From: Candidatus Moraniibacteriota bacterium
GTDB lineage: Bacteria > Patescibacteriota > Minisyncoccia > Moranbacterales > UBA1568
DNA: 64,000 bases
Assembly (NCBI GenBank): GCA_030648835.1
Contig: JAUSGT010000002.1
Location: 89,665-153,664 of the forward strand
Direction: 5' to 3'
Shown: positions 10,067-18,757 of the stretch, in pieces
Numbering within the stretch: position 1 is the first letter of the stretch
Layout of the letters: each line of letters opens with the position of its first letter
Notes under the pieces: model-generated
What the model was told of the DNA's origin: nothing
What the model saw: the letters and a program-made list of their open reading frames with translations, nothing else
The model's database searches: none
Translations under genes and position numbers: made by a program

Positions 10067-11584
10067 ATGGACAAAGAATTAACACAAAGTGGGGCACCTC
10101 TTCTTGAAAGCACACTTTTTATTACACCAAAGAAACCTCTTGATGAAATAAGCCGGCTTATTGGTCGCGGGCTGCAGAGGAACGGACTTCAGCCCAGAGG
10201 AAATCCACGCTTTGTAAGCACTCGCTATAAATTACCCGAGAGAGACCATTTTGTCGGATATTCATGGTGTTATGAAACTATGCCTACGGGTGATATAGCA
10301 ATTCTTTTAGAAATCTCAAAATACCATGAGGGAGAGAGGGGGCGGGAAATCCCGCCGCGGATAACGCCGGAAGAAATCATTCATCATGCTGAATGTTTTA
10401 AGGCTTGGGTTAGCCAAGAATCAGAAATATCGGAGGCGCCAACGGGGCAGTACCGAGCTCCAAGCTTGCCGGCAATTCAGTACCAAGTGGGGAATGGAAT
10501 TTTTCCGAGAAAAAACGCGTGTGTGAATAATTTTTTTCATTTGGAGCCAATACCTATTATTAACATATACTATAAAGCTGAGTTTCGAGAACAAAGCAAA
10601 TTGGCATGCGAGAGTCTTCGTAATCAGCTTAGAGCTTTTGGTATGGTGGGCGTAAACGGCCAAACGCCAATTATGACCACAATTTCTTATAGGAACGTCC
10701 TGCCACAATCCAACAACGACGCGGCTGATTGTATTTTAATTTCTCCTGGCCTTGTAGGCGCAGACGAAGAAGCGGCTGAAGAAGCGAGGACTATAATTTC
10801 GCAGGTGAGGGGTCACAATAAGGGCCTTAATGTATTTGATTGGGAACGACCGGACAATATATATAAATGGAATAATCTTGCGGCCTGCATCCTGTATAAC
10901 AATGGCAGTGAGCCGTGGAGAATTCATGATTTGGATATAAACAATTCTATATATGTTGGCATAGATCTAGGACACGACTATGGTTTGGGGAAGTCAAAAA
11001 TTTGTATGACCTTTATCGATAAATACGGACGGGAACTTCCGGGGTTTCGATATATAAACGGAGACCTTCCCTTGAATGAGAGACAGTTTCATGCTCGCTG
11101 GGACCAAATGATTAACGAACTAATTACAAGATTAACAGCCATTCAAGAACGATTTCATTTTGAAAACGTAGTAATTCATAAAGACGGCAATATTCTCGAG
11201 GATTCTGCTATATTTTATCGCCGGTTAAAAGAAAAATTCAGCAGCATTTCTTTGGTAGAGGTTATCAAGTCTAATTCGGCACATATTCTTGATCCAGCGC
11301 CTCAAGTTGGAAACGTTTTTGATTTCGGGAGTTTTATTCTTTTACAGACCCTGCCATTTGTGCATCTTGGAGTATGCAGTAGACCCATAAAAATTAAGAT
11401 TAGAAATTCCGATTTAGAAAGAAGAGCTATAATCGAAAGCATCTTTATGTTATCAAGGGCTTTTTGTGGAGACTCCTTATACGCAGATAAAAAATTACCA
11501 ATTACAACACATATTGCTGATCGATTTTCATCATTTCAAATAGGTAAGACGTTACAGTCGTTTAATATTGCGAAAAAGGGATAA
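10067..11584 (+). CDS. Prokaryotic Argonaute, compact (505 aa), intact DEDD tetrad
   Basis: NLA..GSEPW MID/PIWI junction; YVGID300LGHD, LNE338, IHKD373G, VEVIK, KLPITTHIAD485. Confidence 0.9.
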   Translation: MDKELTQSGAPLLESTLFITPKKPLDEISRLIGRGLQRNGLQPRGNPRFVSTRYKLPERDHFVGYSWCYETMPTGDIAILLEISKYHEGERGREIPPRITPEEIIHHAECFKAWVSQESEISEAPTGQYRAPSLPAIQYQVGNGIFPRKNACVNNFFHLEPIPIINIYYKAEFREQSKLACESLRNQLRAFGMVGVNGQTPIMTTISYRNVLPQSNNDAADCILISPGLVGADEEAAEEARTIISQVRGHNKGLNVFDWERPDNIYKWNNLAACILYNNGSEPWRIHDLDINNSIYVGIDLGHDYGLGKSKICMTFIDKYGRELPGFRYINGDLPLNERQFHARWDQMINELITRLTAIQERFHFENVVIHKDGNILEDSAIFYRRLKEKFSSISLVEVIKSNSAHILDPAPQVGNVFDFGSFILLQTLPFVHLGVCSRPIKIKIRNSDLERRAIIESIFMLSRAFCGDSLYADKKLPITTHIADRFSSFQIGKTLQSFNIAKKG

Positions 11585-11593
11585 AATAAAAAT

Positions 11594-11638
11594 AAGAAAA
11601 ATAAGCTTCTCTATATCTCCATACTGGTAACCTTTTCT
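11594..11638 (+). pseudogene. Remnant of an sppA-homolog 5' end
   Basis: Translates (K)KNKLLYISILVT vs MKNKLLYISVLAI at 13334; ATG replaced by AAG. Confidence 0.55.
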
Positions 11639-11657
11639 GAATGAGAAATAATTGTAG

Positions 11658-13337
11658 ATGAATTATATGAAGACAAAAATTTATTCGAAAAAACAATTTG
11701 TATTTCTCATTCTTTTTTCTACTCTAGTTTTTAGTGCAACTACTCCATTTACTGCAAATGCAGTAGAGCCCCCGCCATTCTGTACTTCTTATACATACTC
11801 TGATTGGTCATCTTGTGATCCGAATTCTGGGACCCAGGAGAGGATTAATATTTCTAATTTTCCCAGTGATTGCATAATCGATTTCAGTGGAAATAATCCG
11901 GCTCCGATTACAAGGCAGAGATGTATTCCAGAATGTATATCCTCTAGCTGGTCATGTGGTAATTGGAATACCTGCTCATCTTTTGGCTTACAAACTAGAA
12001 CATGCACCGGGGTGGCAAACTGCCAGGGGGGCGTTTCGTCGCCGGCGACTTCGCAATCCTGCGTTTATATAGCACCTGTCCCATCTTGTACTTCTTATAC
12101 ATACTCTGATTGGTCAAGTTGTTCGTCTGGTGGGAATCAGACGAGAAGTGTCATTTCTTCATCACCCAGCGGTTGTATCGGGGGAAGTCCTGCTTTAAGC
12201 CGAAGCTGTTATTATGTTAAACCAGTTGAATCTCTTGATAGTTGCGCCGCTGACACATGGGCTTGCGGTGATTGGGATTCTTGCTCACTTTCTGGGGTAC
12301 AAAGTAGAAGTTGTAGGAAAACTGTTGATTGTCCAAACGTAGATACAATCACACCTGTTTCTACTCGATATTGTGAGTCTTCTAGTAGGCCGGCTCAAGA
12401 GGTACCGCAAGATTCTGGCGCAATTTCAAATCAAGATACAATTATAAAGGCCACTGTAAAGCTGATTTGCCCTTTAGATAAAAACAGAGCTTTTCAGGGC
12501 TCTGGCACCGTTATTAGTTCAAGTGGCCTTATTTTGACTAATAAGCATGTTGTTAGCGGTACTCTTGGGTGCTTAGTTGAGTTTATTGATAACGCCAATG
12601 ACACACCTTACTTTGGTAATAGACAAATAGCTGATATTCAAAAGGTTTCTTCAAAAGAAGATGTTGCTACTCTGAAACTAAGAAATCCACAGAATAAAAA
12701 ACTAACATATATTGACATTACAAAAGCCAATAGCAATTTGCGCCTTGGTTCCAAGGTTCACGTCTACGGCTATCCAGCAATATTCGGTACAAACATGACT
12801 TACACAAGCGGAGATTTTGGTGGAGTAGATGGCAGTTATTTAAAAACTGGGGTGGTCCTTGAGCATGGAAATTCTGGCGGTGGAGCATACCTTAGTAATG
12901 GGGTGTTCATCGGTATACCTACTTTGGTACGAAGAGGAGAGCTCAATGCACTTAGTTATATATTATCCATCAATACAATTAATGCTTGGTTGGGAAATTC
13001 TAGCGTCGCCTATAGTGGGAACAGTAATCAGAATAATTATTCCAGAGTCTCATCTGTTTTAGAAGATATTGACTTGAAGGAACTTGGTTCACTAGAATTT
13101 ATTATTCCCGGGACGAAAGAAAGTGAAGATATTGCCAACGAGCCGAGCGATGTAATTGAAGAAGATCAACCACCCATATCCGGTACCAATGATGAGCCAA
13201 CAAAAAATCCTCCAGTAGAAACTAATACAAATGAAAGTTGGCCTAACCCGTTTGTTGTCTTAGTTTTTATAATTCTTGGAGGAGGATTTGTCTGGATAAT
13301 TTGGAAATCAATGAAGAATAATATCGAAAAATTATGA
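11658..13337 (+). CDS. Surface protein: TSP1-like Cys/Trp repeats + trypsin-like serine protease + C-terminal TM
   Basis: Signal peptide; repeated WxxC motifs with duplicated CTSYTYSDWSSC; LTNKHV, EDVA, GNSGG triad. Confidence 0.85.
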   Translation: MNYMKTKIYSKKQFVFLILFSTLVFSATTPFTANAVEPPPFCTSYTYSDWSSCDPNSGTQERINISNFPSDCIIDFSGNNPAPITRQRCIPECISSSWSCGNWNTCSSFGLQTRTCTGVANCQGGVSSPATSQSCVYIAPVPSCTSYTYSDWSSCSSGGNQTRSVISSSPSGCIGGSPALSRSCYYVKPVESLDSCAADTWACGDWDSCSLSGVQSRSCRKTVDCPNVDTITPVSTRYCESSSRPAQEVPQDSGAISNQDTIIKATVKLICPLDKNRAFQGSGTVISSSGLILTNKHVVSGTLGCLVEFIDNANDTPYFGNRQIADIQKVSSKEDVATLKLRNPQNKKLTYIDITKANSNLRLGSKVHVYGYPAIFGTNMTYTSGDFGGVDGSYLKTGVVLEHGNSGGGAYLSNGVFIGIPTLVRRGELNALSYILSINTINAWLGNSSVAYSGNSNQNNYSRVSSVLEDIDLKELGSLEFIIPGTKESEDIANEPSDVIEEDQPPISGTNDEPTKNPPVETNTNESWPNPFVVLVFIILGGGFVWIIWKSMKNNIEKL

Positions 13338-14185
13338 AAAATAAACTTCTTTACATCTCCGTGCTAGCAATCCTCTTCATAATAGCTCTTTATTTCCTCT
13401 GGAGCTGGCGTGAGGCTCTGCTGGTTATGGTTAAGGTTGGTACCGCGGGCCAAACAGAAGGAACAGAACAAAGTGACCTTTCGTGTAACATTGCTGTCGT
13501 GCCCATAGTTGGAGAAATTATTCCCTACGCCGGAGCTGATAAAGATGGAAGCGGAAATGAGTTGCCTCCCACTACGAATGCCGATGACGTACTCTCTCTG
13601 CTTCGTGCGGCGGAAAGCAACCCAAATATGAGAGGGGTTCTTGTGCGTATTGATTCAAATGGCGGTACGCCTGTCGCCTCGGAAATTATCTCAAATGCAT
13701 TGAAACGTACACCGCTACCTGTTGTGGCACTCATACGTGAAATGGGAACGTCTGGAGCATATCTTGCGGCAACGGGGGCAAGAACGATTATTGCCTCACC
13801 TTTTTCTAATATAGGAAGTATTGGTGTTACGATGTCATACTTGGAAAATACCAGAAGAAATGCTCAGGAAGGCTTGCAATACGTTCCTCTCGCATCCGCA
13901 CAGTTCAAGGACTATGGCAATCCTGATAAATCACTGACTTACGCTGAACGTATGTTAATTGAACGAGACCTCACAATCTATCACAAGCAGTTTGTAGAAG
14001 AAGTGGCGAAGAATAGGAATCTGCCCCTTGAACAAGTAGCAAAACTGGCTGATGGTTCGGCAATGCCAGGAGCACTGGCTCTTGAGAATGGGCTCGTTGA
14101 TGCCCTTGGCGATCAGCAAACTGCGAGAGTATGGTTTGCTGACAACTTGACGATATCATCAACGAACGTGGTGTTTTGTGAGTAG
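13334..14185 (+). CDS. sppA: S49 signal peptide peptidase SppA (short form)
   Basis: RIDSNGG, TSGAY, GSIGV, FKD; N-terminal TM. Confidence 0.9.
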   Translation: MKNKLLYISVLAILFIIALYFLWSWREALLVMVKVGTAGQTEGTEQSDLSCNIAVVPIVGEIIPYAGADKDGSGNELPPTTNADDVLSLLRAAESNPNMRGVLVRIDSNGGTPVASEIISNALKRTPLPVVALIREMGTSGAYLAATGARTIIASPFSNIGSIGVTMSYLENTRRNAQEGLQYVPLASAQFKDYGNPDKSLTYAERMLIERDLTIYHKQFVEEVAKNRNLPLEQVAKLADGSAMPGALALENGLVDALGDQQTARVWFADNLTISSTNVVFCE

Positions 14186-14234
14186 AGGTTGCCCGGGTAA
14201 CTTGGAAATCAATGGAGAATAACACTGAAAGATT

Positions 14235-14828
14235 ATGAAAAAATGTCCAGCGTGTGCGAAAGAAGTTCAAGATGAAGCGACTATATGCCATTTTTGTAAA
14301 AAATCTTTTCCTATAGAAGATGAGGAAGAAACTCCTGAGGAGGAGCCTCTCCCGCAAAAGGATCCAGGAAAAGGATGGCTGAAAACGTTGCTGATATCCG
14401 TGGCCACTATCTTCTTCATTCTTGCTTTGTTGTTTGGTTTAGCTGGTTTTCTTGATGGCTCATTTGGTATACTCGGTTCAGTGGTAGTTCTTGGGCTGTG
14501 TTTTTTCATAGCAGCGGTAGGTGGGGGACTGCTTACCTACGTCAAACACGTTAGGGCAACGGCAGCAAAGCTAGAAGATAATAACGTATGGGTCTACATC
14601 CGGATGGCAATCATTAGATTATCGATTGGAGGATATTTTATTTATTGGAAAGCGAGTGAAGGCGGAGGCTTTCTGAGTCTTGGTAGCCTTGAAAATACTG
14701 CTAATAATTTTGGAAACTTCATTCTGTGGGTGATTGCTATACTTCTTGTTATGGATGGTCTTAGAAGCCTCTACTGGGTTGTTCGGGAAGTAGTAAAAAA
14801 TTTAAGGAGTGATGAAGATGAGGATTGA
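14235..14828 (+). CDS. Zinc-ribbon membrane protein
   Basis: CPAC..ICHFC N-terminus and four hydrophobic segments. Confidence 0.75.
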   Translation: MKKCPACAKEVQDEATICHFCKKSFPIEDEEETPEEEPLPQKDPGKGWLKTLLISVATIFFILALLFGLAGFLDGSFGILGSVVVLGLCFFIAAVGGGLLTYVKHVRATAAKLEDNNVWVYIRMAIIRLSIGGYFIYWKASEGGGFLSLGSLENTANNFGNFILWVIAILLVMDGLRSLYWVVREVVKNLRSDEDED

Positions 14829-14862
14829 TAAAGGGATATAAAACCGGAAAATAACCAAGACT

Positions 14863-15027
14863 ATGAAAAAGACGAAAAAAGAGGAAATGACGGTGACATA
14901 TCACTACATTGAGCCAAAAACCCCGGGAGAGAAAGCGGAACAGGAGCGTGGGTTGGACAGAGCATTTGATATTATTTTTGAGGCAGTAGAGAGAAAGAGA
15001 TCAACACACAAGGGAGGAAAAGCTTAA
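14863..15027 (+). CDS. Small protein (54 aa, not in ORF track)
   Basis: MKKTKKEEMTVTYHYIEPKTPGEKAEQERGLDRAFDIIFEAV...; resembles small ORFs recalled from CPR integrative elements. Confidence 0.5.
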   Translation: MKKTKKEEMTVTYHYIEPKTPGEKAEQERGLDRAFDIIFEAVERKRSTHKGGKA

Positions 15028-15105
15028 TTAAGCAATTTCACCGCTGTGTACTGACGAGGAGCTATAGGATGGTTTGTAAAGTACTGCAAACGCTAGCACA
15101 AACTC

Positions 15106-15134
15106 TTGACATTCTCTTCTTTTACGCTCAAAAT
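15106..15134 (+). promoter_or_regulatory. Sigma70-like promoter
   Basis: TTGACA-17 nt-CAAAAT ahead of a structured leader. Confidence 0.4.
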
Positions 15135-15283
15135 TAGTTACTGAAGACGAGGCACCTCGCTCTAGATCTCATTTCCCGTTCTTGCCGCCTGCGATATACA
15201 GCAGGTCGCAATAAGCGACAAGAAGGAAGCGGTGGAGCCTTCTACATTAAGCCGTTGATTGGCCTAGATAGACGAAGACTTTT

Positions 15284-15493
15284 ATGGGAAGCAGAAATGA
15301 TGCTCCTGGCATGAGAGGTTACCGCTCTCGGAACAATGATGGGGAATTGCGCGACAAGCGCGACGACACCCACATGGGGACGATAGAGAAGCAATACGGT
15401 ATGGACTTTGGTGTCCGTAGCGATATGCTCTTGGGGACCTTTCTCAAGGAGAACAACATAAAATCCCTTAACGACCTTATAACGGGTCACTAA
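15284..15493 (+). CDS. Small conserved hypothetical protein
   Basis: RNNDGELRDKRDDT..YG..RSDMLL..SLNDL; followed by hairpin 15506-15529. Confidence 0.7.
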   Translation: MGSRNDAPGMRGYRSRNNDGELRDKRDDTHMGTIEKQYGMDFGVRSDMLLGTFLKENNIKSLNDLITGH

Positions 15494-15918
15494 GGGATAG
15501 CGTAGAGACGAGGTATACATGCCTCGTCTTCATTTTACCACATACTAGGCTAAAGTGGATGCAGGTCTTGTTAGAAGAGGCGGGAACATCCTAACTGAGA
15601 TCTGAGGCAAGTTTCGCCAGCCTATGCTTTTCGAGTAACTTTTGCTCGATAATACATGTTCGTACAGCTGATAACCCCCGGAGCATAAATGAAAATCACG
15701 TCCATTTGGACGTGTTTTTCATTTTATATTCTTGATGACAGAATGAGAACGGGAAGGGGTCGGGAAACGGGAGTTTCCCGTTTGGGGTGACCCGAAGGGA
15801 CAAGAGGGCGGAAGCCCTATTGAACGGAGCAAGTGAAACGAGTGAGTAGTGAGTGTTCCTGTCCGCGGAGCAACTAAAAACAGGGCCTAGATAAGCCTTG
15901 TTTTTTATACTCCGAAAG

Positions 15919-15938
15919 CCTGCCTGCCGGTAGGCAGG
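15919..15938. repeat. REP-like palindrome CCTGCCTGCCGGTAGGCAGG
   Basis: Exact copy at 26308-26327, exact reverse complement at 61112-61131, variant at 22586-22606. Confidence 0.85.
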
Positions 15939-16022
15939 GATGTCAGAACTTATGATAAGATTGAGATGAAAGCCCGAACCCGACGATAGTAACTAACGCA
16001 AAGGATTCGGAGTTCGATTCGT

Positions 16023-16361
16023 ATGAACATTTCAAGGACAAAATTCGTTATTCTTTTCCTCATTTCTGGGTTCGTTTTTCTTTTTATTACTACTTCACTT
16101 TTAGGATCAACAGGCCCTCGAGGCTTTCCCAAACACCCCGATTCATTCCTCCGAACGGCGTCACCAATAGCATGGAAGAATACCGTATCCACAATTATAG
16201 TACCTATAAAAATTGTTTTAATAGGACCATTGTTGTTGTCTGGTATTAATTTTTTGAAAGAAGATCCGCCACCTCCATTTATTGCTCTCTATCTCATTTT
16301 CTACTGGACTACCCTTGCCTTAATTATTCATTATCTCCTCGGTAAATTGAAACGCTCTTAA
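16023..16361 (+). CDS. Small membrane protein (paralog of 26412-26747)
   Basis: Three hydrophobic segments, DPPPPF motif. Confidence 0.8.
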   Translation: MNISRTKFVILFLISGFVFLFITTSLLGSTGPRGFPKHPDSFLRTASPIAWKNTVSTIIVPIKIVLIGPLLLSGINFLKEDPPPPFIALYLIFYWTTLALIIHYLLGKLKRS

Positions 16362-16465
16362 AAGATGGGCAAGATGCAAGTGGAACGTTCAGGAGCGGCT
16401 TCAAATCTTTTTGACGCAGTCATCAAACAGGTTCTAACATCCTCTATCAGGCGGAGCACTATTTT

Positions 16466-17506
16466 TTATAAGTTTTTTTTGAAAAACTGTATACTTCTTT
16501 GCCATGCTGTACCAGATTGGCTCCCTATGTTATGGTCATCTCCTGTGTATTCAAAGTACTCTACTTTTTTTCCGGCACTTTCCAATGCTTTTTTCAGTTG
16601 AACGGAGAGTTCAATTGGCACACTAGAATCATTTGTTCCATGGTGGAGTTGAAGAGGGGCGGAGATATCGTTCAAGTAAGAATAAGGATCTAGTTTTTTC
16701 CAAAATTCCTGATTATTACTGGGAAACCCATATTCTTCTACAAGCGGGTTATCGTCAATATTCCTTAAGAACGGTATTTTATCATTATACGTCTCTAACA
16801 TATCCTCGAAACTACCGACAACTCCTGCCCAAAAAACATAAGCTTTTATGTCTTTTGAGATTACGGCTGTGCGTAGGCCAATCTCACCTCCATTCGAGTG
16901 CCCCCAGTAGCCCAGTTTTTCTGGATCAACATCCCGGTAGTTTTTTAGGTACGCTATGGCATATAGGGTATCTACCACATATTTTTCCGAATAATGAGCG
17001 CTGACTGCCTCACCTTCCGATCGACCATGCCCGCGCAGATCCGGCTTGAAAGTTATCATTCCACTTCTGGCAAGGGTGGTCTGATACGTAGGATAGCTTC
17101 CGGTCGTTGAATATTGTTTTGGAGGAATGTGCCCGTGAACGAATACAATTGCTGGGTATCCATTTTCTGGTCGGGGAGAGAGCGGAACAGTAAGGAGCCC
17201 ATAAATTTTTAACCCTTCTGATTTATATGAGGCGACAAATTGACGATAGTTTGTCCCGTTAGAAAGTTCTTGTTCAATGGTGAAAGAACCACCCAGGTAT
17301 TCTCTTCGGCGAAGGGCTTCAATAGACATTGGATGAAGTTGGCTATTGCTACGTTCCTTTTCTTCTATCGACTCAACTTTTGTTGTTTCAGATGGTAGGC
17401 TTGTTTCTTTTTTTGTATCCGTTTCGTTACGTGTGAAAGTGACGAGTACAGTTATAATAAAAATACCGGAACACAAGATCAAGAATGATTTAATGAATAT
17501 TTTCAT
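16466..17506 (-). CDS. S9-family alpha/beta hydrolase, membrane-anchored
   Basis: VHG, DLRGHGRS, GHSNGG, HGTND, DDH; start at MKIFIKS. Confidence 0.9.
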   Translation of the reverse strand: MKIFIKSFLILCSGIFIITVLVTFTRNETDTKKETSLPSETTKVESIEEKERSNSQLHPMSIEALRRREYLGGSFTIEQELSNGTNYRQFVASYKSEGLKIYGLLTVPLSPRPENGYPAIVFVHGHIPPKQYSTTGSYPTYQTTLARSGMITFKPDLRGHGRSEGEAVSAHYSEKYVVDTLYAIAYLKNYRDVDPEKLGYWGHSNGGEIGLRTAVISKDIKAYVFWAGVVGSFEDMLETYNDKIPFLRNIDDNPLVEEYGFPSNNQEFWKKLDPYSYLNDISAPLQLHHGTNDSSVPIELSVQLKKALESAGKKVEYFEYTGDDHNIGSQSGTAWQRSIQFFKKNL

Positions 17507-17570
17507 AATTGCAAGTTTAGCATCTAATGGAGAGGTTATATGGCGGAGAGTGGCGCTGCGATGGGGGGAT

Positions 17571-18518
17571 TCATTGTGCATTCATGAGCTCAATGAATTT
17601 CAGAGGATCTATCGAAAAACCACCTATACGGACCGAGAGATGGAGATGGGGACCGAGAGAATAGCCCGTATTGCCACTCAGAGCTATGAGATCGCCCTTT
17701 TTCGTGATCTCGCCCGATCTTACATTGATTTTAGAGAGATGCATATAAAGCGTCATTATGCCCAAGCCGTGATCAATGATGACGGTATTCCCATAGTTCC
17801 TAAAGCTTTTGGCAAAGGCAATTTTCCCGGAGTTCATGGCATAGACGGGCGTTTCTTCGGGCGCTCGAAAATCCGTGCCATTGTGACTGAGATTCACAGA
17901 GCCTGTTTTTCTGCTGTAACCGTAAACATCTGTAACAACGGGAGATCCGCCGAGGGGAAGTTGGAACTGTCCGTTCCAAAGCTTCTCTGGACTTATGGTG
18001 GCGGTAATAGAATTAAGAAGGGCTGTGTCTTGTGACAAGGTGCTGGTAAGTTCTTGTTCTGCCTGTGGGGTATTACCTCCAAGTTGTTCGGGAATATCGA
18101 ACTCAGCCGTAGCTACGGCTCTTTGTGTAACCTCAATTTTTTCTTTGATTACCCGACCATCCTTAAGAATGAGAACAATCGCATATAAACCAGGGTTTCG
18201 ATGCAGATCGATACCTACAAGCGCTGCAAGCTGCTCCTCGTCAACAAATGTGACAAGTGGTTTGTCATCAAGGGTGAAGGATTGAATTGCTGATGTAGAA
18301 ACAAGGCCGTCTACGGTAATCAGTGCGGGCTCTCCCTGGATGAGAGCGGTGGGGGAAACCGAAAGGGTGACGGGTTCTATCCTGGGTACGGCGGCGGTCT
18401 CTAGCGGTTGTATGGCTGGTACTTCAGATTCTCCCTTAGGCTGATTTTTTAGCCGTGGCACTGCAAAATAGGCGACGATGAATAATAATGGGAGAGCGAG
18501 CCAGGGAAGTATTTTCAT
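17571..18518 (-). CDS. M23 metallopeptidase
   Basis: HNGTD, YGNTVIIDHG, YMHL, GPHLH. Confidence 0.92.
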   Translation of the reverse strand: MKILPWLALPLLFIVAYFAVPRLKNQPKGESEVPAIQPLETAAVPRIEPVTLSVSPTALIQGEPALITVDGLVSTSAIQSFTLDDKPLVTFVDEEQLAALVGIDLHRNPGLYAIVLILKDGRVIKEKIEVTQRAVATAEFDIPEQLGGNTPQAEQELTSTLSQDTALLNSITATISPEKLWNGQFQLPLGGSPVVTDVYGYSRKTGSVNLSHNGTDFRAPEETPVYAMNSGKIAFAKSFRNYGNTVIIDHGLGIMTLYMHLSKINVRSGEITKKGDLIALSGNTGYSLGPHLHLSVRIGGFSIDPLKFIELMNAQ

Positions 18519-18757
18519 GTTTACATTATACGGTTCCCTGTCGCTATTGAGAAGGAGGGAACATAATCCATACATAATAAGAAAAGAGCCCAAACAAGAA
18601 GTATTGATTTTCACCTTGGCGGATGGCGGAACCCTGTTTTTCGTTACCTAGAGCAGGAATCGGGTTCTAGAACACGGCATTGGTCATTAACAGCAAGAGG
18701 TGCTATGCTTTTCTCAAGATAGCGAGAGTTTGCCAATCAGGTGTAATTATTAGCTGA

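Larger units (their letters stand above)
1..15686. mobile_element. Integrative element / defence island (left end outside window)
   Basis: HUH Rep, TopoVI-A-like gene, methyltransferase, pAgo and HEPN cargo; right end placed at tRNA-3'-like CCCCGGAGCA (15676-15685) followed by a hairpin. Confidence 0.65.
15867..16361 (+). repeat. ~490 bp direct repeat copy 1 (copy 2 at 26257-26747)
   Basis: GGAGC(A/C)A + hairpin + REP + upstream region + paralogous gene; similarity ends at the stop codon. Confidence 0.9.
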
